IMG/VR virus record: IMGVR_UViG_3300014168_000003
Span: 1 to 64,000 of that record
Strand: one strand, 5' to 3'
From: a virus
Taxonomy: Duplodnaviria; Caudoviricetes
Length of the DNA stretch: 64,000 bases
Program-made: the position numbers and the translations under genes
Notes under the pieces: model-generated
Databases searched by the model: none
The model's input: the letters and a program-made list of their open reading frames with translations, nothing else
What the model was told of the DNA's origin: nothing
Shown: positions 26,256 to 34,359 of the stretch, piece by piece
Layout of the letters: each line of letters begins with the position of its first letter
How positions within the stretch are numbered: position 1 is the stretch's first letter

Positions 26256-27267
26256 CGATATTACTCGCTTCAGAAATAATTTTGTTCCAACTTTCCTCCG
26301 TGGCGATTGGAGCCCGTTGGACCTCCTTTTTTAGAGAAGGGGAGGAGATGAGGACTGGCAGTTCCACAGCTTTTCTTGAATCCGCCAATTCTTTTATGAG
26401 AATAAACAACGCTGATGGGGGAGGGGTGATAACAGATTTCCATTTGATGAAAATGTCTCCCACCCTTATATAATTACTCAGTTTTTCGGCAATAACTCCA
26501 AGAGATTTTGTACTATCATAAAAAGCCATCGAATATACTTCAAATAAAGTATCGATAAGCTCTTCCATGGGATGCATATCTTTAATCGAGCCAGCCATTT
26601 TCATAATATCCGGATGATCGATGTTAGATAACAGTTTGATGGCCTGTTCCTCAATATTTACTTGAAGTTTACGCACCGTCCCTACCGTTATGTCTCCCAC
26701 TACCGAAGTGGCCTGAAGATCAAGAATAGCCCGTGAGGGAATGTCAGAACTTCTGGCAGCTATGAGATTAAGAGCCTCTAGTTCAAAGTTGAGGTGATGA
26801 CTGGCGCAAATGGAGCCGAGCAGACCGACCATATCTGTTCGACTTGGTTTCAGACAAGGGATTCGCAAAGCCCTGGCCCTGAGTCCCTTATGCACTTTGT
26901 TGTAGCTGACACAGAGGAAGATGGAAACTGTCTTAACGTCTGACCGATCCAGGTATGCACAAAGTTGATCCGCCTGTTCGGTGGATAGCCGCTCCGCATG
27001 ATCCCAGATCAGGCAAGTGTATTCATCCAAATCCTCTTGTTGCAATATTTGTGAGAAAAACTCAGGCTGGACGACTTTGGGTTTGACATCAGGGAACAAA
27101 TCATGGAAAAACAGTTTAGCCATGGTGTTCTTCCCTACCCCATTCAGGCCATCGAACACATAGCAAGAGGGAGCACGATCCCGGTTCTCCAGGATCGCTC
27201 TCAGCAACTCCAGTGATCTAGTGTTGCCCACAATTTGATTCAGCGATACTGGTGCCCAGAAATTCAA
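26236..27267 (-). CDS. Clamp-loader (RFC / DNA Pol III gamma-tau)-like AAA+ protein
   Basis: SLNQIVGN, YVFDGLNGVGKN Walker A, degenerate Walker B WDHAE, ARAL, EALNLIA...RAILDL. Confidence 0.8.
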   Translation of the reverse strand: MNFWAPVSLNQIVGNTRSLELLRAILENRDRAPSCYVFDGLNGVGKNTMAKLFFHDLFPDVKPKVVQPEFFSQILQQEDLDEYTCLIWDHAERLSTEQADQLCAYLDRSDVKTVSIFLCVSYNKVHKGLRARALRIPCLKPSRTDMVGLLGSICASHHLNFELEALNLIAARSSDIPSRAILDLQATSVVGDITVGTVRKLQVNIEEQAIKLLSNIDHPDIMKMAGSIKDMHPMEELIDTLFEVYSMAFYDSTKSLGVIAEKLSNYIRVGDIFIKWKSVITPPPSALFILIKELADSRKAVELPVLISSPSLKKEVQRAPIATEESWNKIISEASNIGDSSIR

Positions 27268-27292
27268 CAGTGCTCCCTCTTCCTACTATCTA

Positions 27293-28600
27293 TTACCTGG
27301 ATTCTTTGATGTCCTTGAGCACGGAGTAGTAGGTGAACACCGATTCCTTCATCGAATCATAGCTCATCTTCCAATACTCTGCAATCGTCGGAGCACTACC
27401 GGTAGCCTTGATATGGGTCTTGATCATTCGCCTGTAGTTGTCGATGTTCAGACCACAGACCCGCAGCCCCGGAAGATCCTTGTGGAACAGCACAGGGGAT
27501 GCCTGAATGCTGAACAACTTCTCCAGGAATTTCCTGGATTCTCCGTTCTTGGCAATGCGGTCAGTGTAGTGGCAGAACGTAAGATCCGCGACCGCGACCC
27601 GAGCCGACTCATGGGAATTGAGAAGCTCCGTCACTTCGTAAGTGCTCCTCGCTGCCGTGGGAGACACGAAGCGGGGGTCCAGGAAGAGGGCCAGGGGTGC
27701 GGACATGCCGACATGAAATCCCTGGATCTCGCTGAACGCACAGTACGCCTTCAGGATCTTCTCCATAACCGCATTGGAGTCTGGTTCCACTCCATCGGCT
27801 CCGTGGAGCTTGAACTCTTCCAGACGCCGCACCACATCATCCTTGATCACCGAAGTGCTGTACAGTGTCTCCAGAGCCCCGGAAACGTCATCTGCGTTGA
27901 TGTCCCCGACCAGATCATCAGGAGTCGTGAAGATCAATCCCATTTCATCCAGAAGGGTCATGATGGGCTCAAGGATCGCCTTCGCACCGCTGCTGATCCA
28001 GATGTAACCCATGTTGAAGTCAATGACCACCTGATGGTGCTTGCGGACGAAGGTGTTGATATCTTCCACCTGTTCGGTGATTTGCTTCTTGATGTCCGCA
28101 GACTGGAACTTGAAGGGGGCTCCGTAGTTGTAGGCCAGATGCTCCTTCTTGCTGTTCACATCCATTGCGTCGATGTATTCGAACATCATTACCCACATGC
28201 CGTACACACCAGGGGAGAACTGCCACTGGTCCAAACTCGGCTCCCAGAAGGGCTCCAGGGGGACATGAATCTTCCCTGAGATAAGCTCATCATCCATCAT
28301 CTCCCATTCACGGAGATTGGTCTGGTTGTTGATGAAACACTCCAGGTCTTCCGATTTGAAGTCCTTTGCCGTCTTGTCCACGTAGAACTCGATCTCTTCC
28401 AGATCACCCATGCGGGGTTGCTGGAAGGGAGCGAGACCGATAGTAGAAGACTTCTCGTGGATCGCCTCGCTAATGGCCACAAGGGGAATGTAGCGAGACC
28501 CAGCGGCTTCGAACGCTGTCTTGAAGGCTTCCAATGGGGCCACACCCCCATCACCCTGCACTAGTTTCAGCAGGGTCCATGTTCCTTTACCAAACATCAT
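27293..28600 (-). CDS. Hypothetical protein, possible RdgC-like DNA-binding protein
   Basis: Segment IKKQITEQVED...FVRKHHQVVIDFNMGYIWISSGAKAILEPIMTLL resembles the RdgC core; remote similarity by eye only. Confidence 0.4.
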   Translation of the reverse strand: MMFGKGTWTLLKLVQGDGGVAPLEAFKTAFEAAGSRYIPLVAISEAIHEKSSTIGLAPFQQPRMGDLEEIEFYVDKTAKDFKSEDLECFINNQTNLREWEMMDDELISGKIHVPLEPFWEPSLDQWQFSPGVYGMWVMMFEYIDAMDVNSKKEHLAYNYGAPFKFQSADIKKQITEQVEDINTFVRKHHQVVIDFNMGYIWISSGAKAILEPIMTLLDEMGLIFTTPDDLVGDINADDVSGALETLYSTSVIKDDVVRRLEEFKLHGADGVEPDSNAVMEKILKAYCAFSEIQGFHVGMSAPLALFLDPRFVSPTAARSTYEVTELLNSHESARVAVADLTFCHYTDRIAKNGESRKFLEKLFSIQASPVLFHKDLPGLRVCGLNIDNYRRMIKTHIKATGSAPTIAEYWKMSYDSMKESVFTYYSVLKDIKESR

Positions 28601-28606
28601 TGTGGT

Positions 28607-28759
28607 TTACCCCTTCATCTTAAGGATGATGTGGGCTCCGATGCAGAGGATCACACCCGCGATAAGACCGTGGATGAGTCCGAAATTGAGGAGCCAGGAA
28701 CCAAGAGTGACGACCGCCACTCCGCCGACTGAGTAGAAAAACTTTGCTACGTTGTTCAT
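28607..28759 (-). CDS. Small two-TM membrane protein (50 aa, not in ORF track)
   Basis: MNNVAKFFYSVGGVAVVTLGSWLLNFGLIHGLIAGVILCIGAHIILKMKG*; ATGA-coupled to the upstream gene. Confidence 0.65.
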   Translation of the reverse strand: MNNVAKFFYSVGGVAVVTLGSWLLNFGLIHGLIAGVILCIGAHIILKMKG

Positions 28760-29121
28760 TGTGCCTCCTTGGGCAGTGAATCAGGCTTGCTAGTATTGAT
28801 ACTGTCTTGCATCAATTTCGCAAGCCTGGATTTTTCATTTTCAAGAACTGCTTTGACTTCTTCAGATAGGGGCCAAGTGGTGATGATCTGGTCCACCGCA
28901 GCCACGAAATCTGCATAGGAGCAGCCGGTATTGAGCCAGCCCCCTCCATCTTGAAGGGAGTAGTCAATAAACGGAGTGACGGTTCCATCCTCCAAAGTGA
29001 GATCGTAAATCCAATAACGCTCACATTCCCCGGAGATAAAAACATCCATCATCTCTGCCGTGTCACGATGCTTGAAGACCTTATATAAGGCTCCTCTGAG
29101 TAGGGGGATAGAGTCAATCAT
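28756..29121 (-). CDS. Hypothetical protein
   Basis: 121-aa ORF; GAGTATTA motif 22 nt upstream. Confidence 0.65.
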   Translation of the reverse strand: MIDSIPLLRGALYKVFKHRDTAEMMDVFISGECERYWIYDLTLEDGTVTPFIDYSLQDGGGWLNTGCSYADFVAAVDQIITTWPLSEEVKAVLENEKSRLAKLMQDSINTSKPDSLPKEAQ

Positions 29122-29842
29122 CGTGTTCCCCTTCTATGGTCTTTAATACTCGACGGAGAGCCAGTTTTGTACCAACTGTCTTCAGCGCACCAGATGGGTC
29201 ATCACCGGGGCAGTCACCGATAGCCTCTACCGGTATGTCCAGGATTTTACTCAGAATGATCTTAGATTTTTCACCCGCTTCATCATGATCGAACAATAGG
29301 TAAAGATGTCGCACTCCAAGGATCTTAAGGTAAGCCACATGTTTCTCTCCAATAGATTTGGTAAGGGAAGACATGATGGGGAGGTTAGGGGCCATGATTT
29401 TTGCAGCTACCAAATCAAACGGCCCCTCAGCCAGTGTGACCGACTTCAATCGTAGGATCTTCTCCAGGGTCTGGTCAGTATTCCCGATCCAGGTAGGGCC
29501 TAGGAAGACCTTTTGGCTCACTCCCAGCGTGTGATATTTACCGGGGCCAAACAGGTCATGGAGGAGGGGCTTTGTCTGGGCACTGGTGGTGTGTCCTGCC
29601 GCATCCACCTTGGGGAACACGAACATAGGGCCAGGGATCATTTTCTTGGGGACATAATAAGCCCCAAGTTCTTGCAAAACTGGAATGACCTCAGACTCCT
29701 TGATTTTCCAGCCTCGAAGTGCGATCATCTTTTCAGCCGTGACTTGCCACATGTCTCGACCTATCTTCTCGTACAGCTTCTCAGTTCTGGACCTCAATTC
29801 GTTAAGGTCATTCCACCATGCATCTTGTAAATATAAACTCAT
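29114..29842 (-). CDS. dnaG: DnaG-type primase catalytic (TOPRIM) domain without Zn-binding domain
   Basis: FVFP.VD..G, GKY, TLAEGPFD, LLFDHDEAG, DDPS motifs; no CHC2. Confidence 0.82.
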   Translation of the reverse strand: MSLYLQDAWWNDLNELRSRTEKLYEKIGRDMWQVTAEKMIALRGWKIKESEVIPVLQELGAYYVPKKMIPGPMFVFPKVDAAGHTTSAQTKPLLHDLFGPGKYHTLGVSQKVFLGPTWIGNTDQTLEKILRLKSVTLAEGPFDLVAAKIMAPNLPIMSSLTKSIGEKHVAYLKILGVRHLYLLFDHDEAGEKSKIILSKILDIPVEAIGDCPGDDPSGALKTVGTKLALRRVLKTIEGEHDD

Positions 29843-29845
29843 AGG

Positions 29846-30025
29846 CTACTCGCTGATTCCCGCACACTCCATACAGACACATGGGCCGTCCCCTAGCGGA
29901 GACATGCAGTACAACTCGTAGTCTACACGCTTCCCGCATTCCATGCAAGTATGTTCGTCAACAAATCGAGCCATGAGTCGATCTATTCGGGCCTCCGATA
30001 GTTCAATAGGGTCAGGAACGTGCAT
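29846..30025 (-). CDS. Small Zn-finger protein (59 aa, not in ORF track)
   Basis: MHVPDP...CMECGK...CVCMECAG*. Confidence 0.6.
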   Translation of the reverse strand: MHVPDPIELSEARIDRLMARFVDEHTCMECGKRVDYELYCMSPLGDGPCVCMECAGISE

Positions 30026-31043
30026 TGGGCCTCACCATGGAATTTCGATCAGCCCAGGCCCAGAAAGCGGCATCACCTTGAGTGCGAAGCTGCCAGTCAT
30101 CCAGCCACTCTGCATCGGGTTTGTCCCGAAGAATGGAGGTTTCAAACAATTCGTCACCCGTGCAGATGAGACGGTCGATGATGTCACCCACCTCACGGTT
30201 TGTCAGTTTGCCATTCCGAATGTCCAGAAGCAATGGGGCTTCAGGTCGAGGGTAAGTGAGGTTGCCAGTGGTGAGGATTTCATTCATCTCACTGGTAATA
30301 CGGACACTGTGATACATGGCCTTCAGGTCAATGCCCTTATCCTCTTTGGCTTGCTGGGAACGACCACCATAGCGACTGCGAAGGTCCATCAGGGGTGTTA
30401 CCCACAGCTTAAGTGGGGTGGTCTCACCAAAGCTCTTACCACAGATTTCGATGTGCCGAACGTCCATGTTGACCGTATGCTCAACCCACAGTCTAGCCCC
30501 CTCAGCATCCTTATAATGCTCCATGAGCCCACAGAAAGCCGATTCATGAAGACGGCCATTGGGAGTAACCTCCTTCTCATCCAAGAACATTTTGATGTCC
30601 TCAATGAAATGATCCAGAGTCCGGAGCCGCTCACCCTTCAGGCTGTATTTCTGAGCCTGGGAACGAGCGTAGCCGACAAAAGGTCGGAGATTCTTGCTCA
30701 CCAATCGAGCCTTGTTCTCCACCAGTTCATCCCATGCATCAGAAGTGCTGACCACCAATTCCTTCGGCGTGAACAACATGCTATAAGCCAGGGTCTGACC
30801 CTGTTTGAGCATACGGCAGAAATTGGAGATGTGATGAGCCTCAAACTCGACTTTATGGCTCCCAGCCCCTTCCACCGTGTTCTCCGCATCAGTCTTGTTG
30901 AAAACCAATTCTTCCATGTCACAGACGAACACGGCTTTCAGGTCCGTGTCAGAAGTGGGGAGAGCGGTACCAAACAGTTTGGAACCATATATCGTTTTGA
31001 CCAGAAGTTTCATATCAGATCCAATGCAGGAAAAAGTGAGCAA
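30012..31043 (-). CDS. Pol-beta-superfamily nucleotidyltransferase (likely start ATG 31013)
   Basis: IYGSKLFG...SDTDLKAVF (GS...DxD); C-terminal DLKAMYH.VR helical domain typical of phage RlaP-like NTases. Confidence 0.85.
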   Translation of the reverse strand: MLTFSCIGSDMKLLVKTIYGSKLFGTALPTSDTDLKAVFVCDMEELVFNKTDAENTVEGAGSHKVEFEAHHISNFCRMLKQGQTLAYSMLFTPKELVVSTSDAWDELVENKARLVSKNLRPFVGYARSQAQKYSLKGERLRTLDHFIEDIKMFLDEKEVTPNGRLHESAFCGLMEHYKDAEGARLWVEHTVNMDVRHIEICGKSFGETTPLKLWVTPLMDLRSRYGGRSQQAKEDKGIDLKAMYHSVRITSEMNEILTTGNLTYPRPEAPLLLDIRNGKLTNREVGDIIDRLICTGDELFETSILRDKPDAEWLDDWQLRTQGDAAFWAWADRNSMVRPNARS

Positions 31044-31115
31044 TCAGAAGAACGGTCACTACAGCTATTATACCCACAACATCGACAATTCGTATAGGCT
31101 CATTCGCTGGTTTGT

Positions 31116-31532
31116 TCATTTTTTTTCCAACGTATCCTGAGTCTGTCGCTGCTCCATCCCGATCAACCCTTCCTTGGTTCGCTCATACTCAGCAGGGTCA
31201 TCAAATTGACTCAAAACCCACAAAAGTGTAGCGATATCCCGATAATCACGAAGCATCCGCTGTGTGTTACAGATATCCTCCCTGAACGCTACGGCCAATT
31301 CCTCTTTTGTGAGTTCAGGCTCGAAACACATAGGGTTCAAGCAGACTTCAGGGTCTCTGGAGCCACAACCTTCGCAGAACCACTCTTTCTTCACATCATC
31401 CCATACTTTATGAGCGCAGTTAGAGCCCTTGGGCTTGAGTCTGGCCTTAACGTATCGTTTACGATGTCGCTGAAGGAGTTCTTTTAGCCTTGCCAGAATC
31501 TCCAGATCGGACTTTACTTTGATTTGAGCCAT
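31116..31532 (-). CDS. Hypothetical Cys-rich protein
   Basis: C..H...CEGC...C..P.C pattern. Confidence 0.65.
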   Translation of the reverse strand: MAQIKVKSDLEILARLKELLQRHRKRYVKARLKPKGSNCAHKVWDDVKKEWFCEGCGSRDPEVCLNPMCFEPELTKEELAVAFREDICNTQRMLRDYRDIATLLWVLSQFDDPAEYERTKEGLIGMEQRQTQDTLEKK

Positions 31533-32145
31533 TTGCCCTCAATTCATCTAGTTCATCAGAGGTAAGCTCCCGCAGGAGCGGCCCCGTCTCTACACTCAAT
31601 ACTCGGTCTGCCGCACAAGCCAGCAGAGGCTGCTGAGTAATTGACAAAATAGTGTAATCGTGGTCATCACAGAGGGATTTGAGCATCTCCGAGACCTTGG
31701 GAAGCCGGTCAGCCGACACATTGTTGAACGCCTCATCCAAAATAATCAGTTTATTCAGTTTGAACCTCTGGATCATGATGACTCTCAGCAGGAAGGAGAT
31801 AACATTGACAACCCCTCCACCCATGGTGTCGATTGGGGGACCGATCACATCACCTTCTTGGACCATAAGGCGGTATGAATCGCCCCTGGCCCCTTCCTTG
31901 CGCTCAATCACAAGTTGAAGATCCTGATCAAAAACCAGCTTCAGTCCATCGGAAACGATGGATTCCACCTTGCCAATACCGTTCGCACTGATGACCTGAA
32001 TGGCCTTATCGATGACACCCAGAGCCTTCGTATTCATGATCTTCTGAGCTTCCAGATCATCAATCTTGACTTGATTTCGTTGGAGAATGGTCTGTTCGGT
32101 GAGCAGGCCGGAGCGCACAGATTCGAATTGAGAGTTGAAGTCCAT
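31459..32145 (-). CDS. sbcC: Rad50/SbcC C-terminal half (signature and Walker B)
   Basis: Short coiled coil then TMGGG signature, SFLLR, LIILDEAF Walker B, SITQ at the H-loop; no Walker A. Confidence 0.88.
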   Translation of the reverse strand: MDFNSQFESVRSGLLTEQTILQRNQVKIDDLEAQKIMNTKALGVIDKAIQVISANGIGKVESIVSDGLKLVFDQDLQLVIERKEGARGDSYRLMVQEGDVIGPPIDTMGGGVVNVISFLLRVIMIQRFKLNKLIILDEAFNNVSADRLPKVSEMLKSLCDDHDYTILSITQQPLLACAADRVLSVETGPLLRELTSDELDELRANGSNQSKVRSGDSGKAKRTPSATS

Positions 32146-32151
32146 CTAACA

Positions 32152-32159
32152 TAATACTC
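32152..32159 (-). promoter_or_regulatory. Promoter-like motif GAGTATTA
   Basis: 6 nt before the SbcC-C ATG. Confidence 0.55.
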
Positions 32160-32193
32160 CAAGGACCACGTGATGCGGCCTTGGAGTCAAGAA

Positions 32194-33708
32194 TTAGGTG
32201 ACGGCAATGGAGGTGTACCAGTACCAAGTACTCTGAACCCAGGCAACGGTCTGCCATGTATTGTTCATTGTGAGGATCATAGTGTCCCCTGCGGTGAGCG
32301 GGACGACTATCTGACCCATCGCCACCGTTGCCCAAGGAGCGTTACCAGAGCTATTGAGCACCATCTGATTCCAATATGGATTGTTTAGAATATAGGAAAT
32401 CGGGAGCCCATCGCTACCGTTTGCATTACTTAACCAAATGGTGATGGTCCCACCAACGCCAGTTCTTTCATTATAAATGGAGCCAATATAACCGCAATGA
32501 CCCCCACCGGGTGCAGAGTTGTCATAGCCCTGAGCCCACAGCCAGCCTCCGATTATAGCTAAACAGTTTTGAGAGGCGTAAAACTGAACCGTATTCCCTG
32601 AGTTGTAAGAGGCAACCAGTTTAGTGGAGGAGCCAGCAATGGAGGCTCCCGCAGGGTTCACTCCAGCCGTAACCATTCCATTTGTTACTACGAAATAACC
32701 AGAGTAAGCATCAACTCCAGCCACACCTTGAACACCTTGTGGACCTTGGCTACCCTGTGGACCCTGAATGCCCTGGATACCCTGAATGCCCTGGATACCT
32801 TGAGGTCCGGTCGGACCCACGATTCCAGTCAGGCCAGTATTGCCATTAATACCAGTCAGACCAGTCGCACCTGTCATTCCAGCCGCTCCGGTCGGCCCCG
32901 TAGACCCAGTGTAGCCGGTGTACCCGCTCTGTCCTGTGAGACCTGTCAATCCAGTCGCACCGGTCAAACCGGTCTTTCCAGTCTGCCCCTGAGCCCCAGT
33001 TGGTCCGGTCGAACCGGTCGCTCCCATCACGCTCGAACCAACGAAGAACTTATTCTGAGCCTTGTCATAAACGAGATCATAGCAGCCACCAGCTACCATG
33101 TCATTGGGATGAGGAGTGGAACCATCTGAACGAACAATAGAAATCGCCCCAATCCCAGTCCCCACATTCAACGTGCAGGCACCCGTAATGGTGTTCTTCA
33201 CCACAACACTGAAACTCATACCGTCATAGAGCTTGGTAACGATAGGCTTGGTGGTGATGACTAAGGCATTAAGTAGCCCCGTATCCTGGACATGCCGCAA
33301 GGCTCCAGAAACCAGCCCACCCCAAGAAGCCCAGTTAGTGCCGTCCGGACCACTCACATTAGGATCTACGGCTGTCCCATCTTCGATGCAAGCAAACTCA
33401 TAACCCAGATCGTTAGTTTTCAGCACCGCACCAATCGGATAACCAATCGTGTCAGCAAAGTTGGAGTCGTACCACCAGTAGCCACCACAGTTGGTCCAGA
33501 CCTGAGATGCAGTTATGAAATTGAAAATCCCATTGAAATCCTGCCCAGTGGGTGGTTGGCCACCAAAAGCAATAGGCTGCATGGTGATCTGGGGGAATCC
33601 ATCATGCGTCGAAGCAGCCGGAGAATTGGATGCGTATGAGATGGCATTCTTCAATCCTGCATAGGCGAATGGATTAGTTTGGATTGCGGGTTTACTAACT
33701 GCGGACAT
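32194..33708 (-). CDS. Tail fibre protein with collagen-like repeat
   Basis: N-terminal PFA..G.KN...GFP.ITM.P...GG.PP.GQDFNGI, typical of a myophage tail-fibre baseplate-attachment region; about 34 G-X-Y triplets; beta-rich tip. Confidence 0.85.
   Translation of the reverse strand: MSAVSKPAIQTNPFAYAGLKNAISYASNSPAASTHDGFPQITMQPIAFGGQPPTGQDFNGIFNFITASQVWTNCGGYWWYDSNFADTIGYPIGAVLKTNDLGYEFACIEDGTAVDPNVSGPDGTNWASWGGLVSGALRHVQDTGLLNALVITTKPIVTKLYDGMSFSVVVKNTITGACTLNVGTGIGAISIVRSDGSTPHPNDMVAGGCYDLVYDKAQNKFFVGSSVMGATGSTGPTGAQGQTGKTGLTGATGLTGLTGQSGYTGYTGSTGPTGAAGMTGATGLTGINGNTGLTGIVGPTGPQGIQGIQGIQGIQGPQGSQGPQGVQGVAGVDAYSGYFVVTNGMVTAGVNPAGASIAGSSTKLVASYNSGNTVQFYASQNCLAIIGGWLWAQGYDNSAPGGGHCGYIGSIYNERTGVGGTITIWLSNANGSDGLPISYILNNPYWNQMVLNSSGNAPWATVAMGQIVVPLTAGDTMILTMNNTWQTVAWVQSTWYWYTSIAVT
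32716..33024 (-). repeat. Collagen-like (Gly-X-Y)n repeat, about 34 triplets
   Basis: GATGSTGPT...[15 protein letters not shown]...GVAG. Confidence 0.95.
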
Positions 33709-34351
33709 TTACAACTCCCTGAGAGAACGTTCCCTGACCGAAGGGCTGGAATCCTGATCCTGCAAAACCAAAAGTTGTTAGGGGGTCAACCTCAAGTGAA
33801 GGTGGGGCCTGGAATGAGTAGTAAGCCCCATTTAAAACCAAACCATCAGAAATCCTGGTAGCCGTAACATCAAACGAAAGTCGGGCTCCATTTGTGAACC
33901 AGCTAGTATAATTATTTGAAAGATAAAATGTCCCGGTAGATGGGTCGAACCATGTCCACTCATAATTGGTAATTTGAGTTGGGGCTGTAGTTGGGGCGGG
34001 GATATTCAAAATCGTGTCGTCAGAGGTATTCGGAGGAAAGTTCAAGATCACGCTCAACATCGTCAACGTAGCGGTCCACGTATAAGAAGTGGGGTCTGAG
34101 CCATCTACCATCGTAACCGGCTGGGTTAGGATTCCCGAGGTGCCGGGGACGGTTTTGAAGAATTTCGGTAAGTAAGTGAAGAGAAGCGGCGGGGCTCCGA
34201 AGGTTACCACGTTTGAGTTAGGGCTTGTTCCGTCACTATTGGTGGAATTGACATAAAATTTATAGGTCATAGTGGGGTCTAACCCGGTCAGTGTGGTTGT
34301 CGTTATGGCTCCACTACCGATTGTTTGCAGAAGATTAAAGGGCGCGGACAT
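33695..34351 (-). CDS. Virion protein starting with the C-terminal half of an Fn3 domain
   Basis: [28 protein letters not shown] corresponds to Fn3 strands E-F-G; own GGAG RBS. Confidence 0.75.
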   Translation of the reverse strand: MSAPFNLLQTIGSGAITTTTLTGLDPTMTYKFYVNSTNSDGTSPNSNVVTFGAPPLLFTYLPKFFKTVPGTSGILTQPVTMVDGSDPTSYTWTATLTMLSVILNFPPNTSDDTILNIPAPTTAPTQITNYEWTWFDPSTGTFYLSNNYTSWFTNGARLSFDVTATRISDGLVLNGAYYSFQAPPSLEVDPLTTFGFAGSGFQPFGQGTFSQGVVNVRS

Positions 34352-34359
34352 CTTTACTC

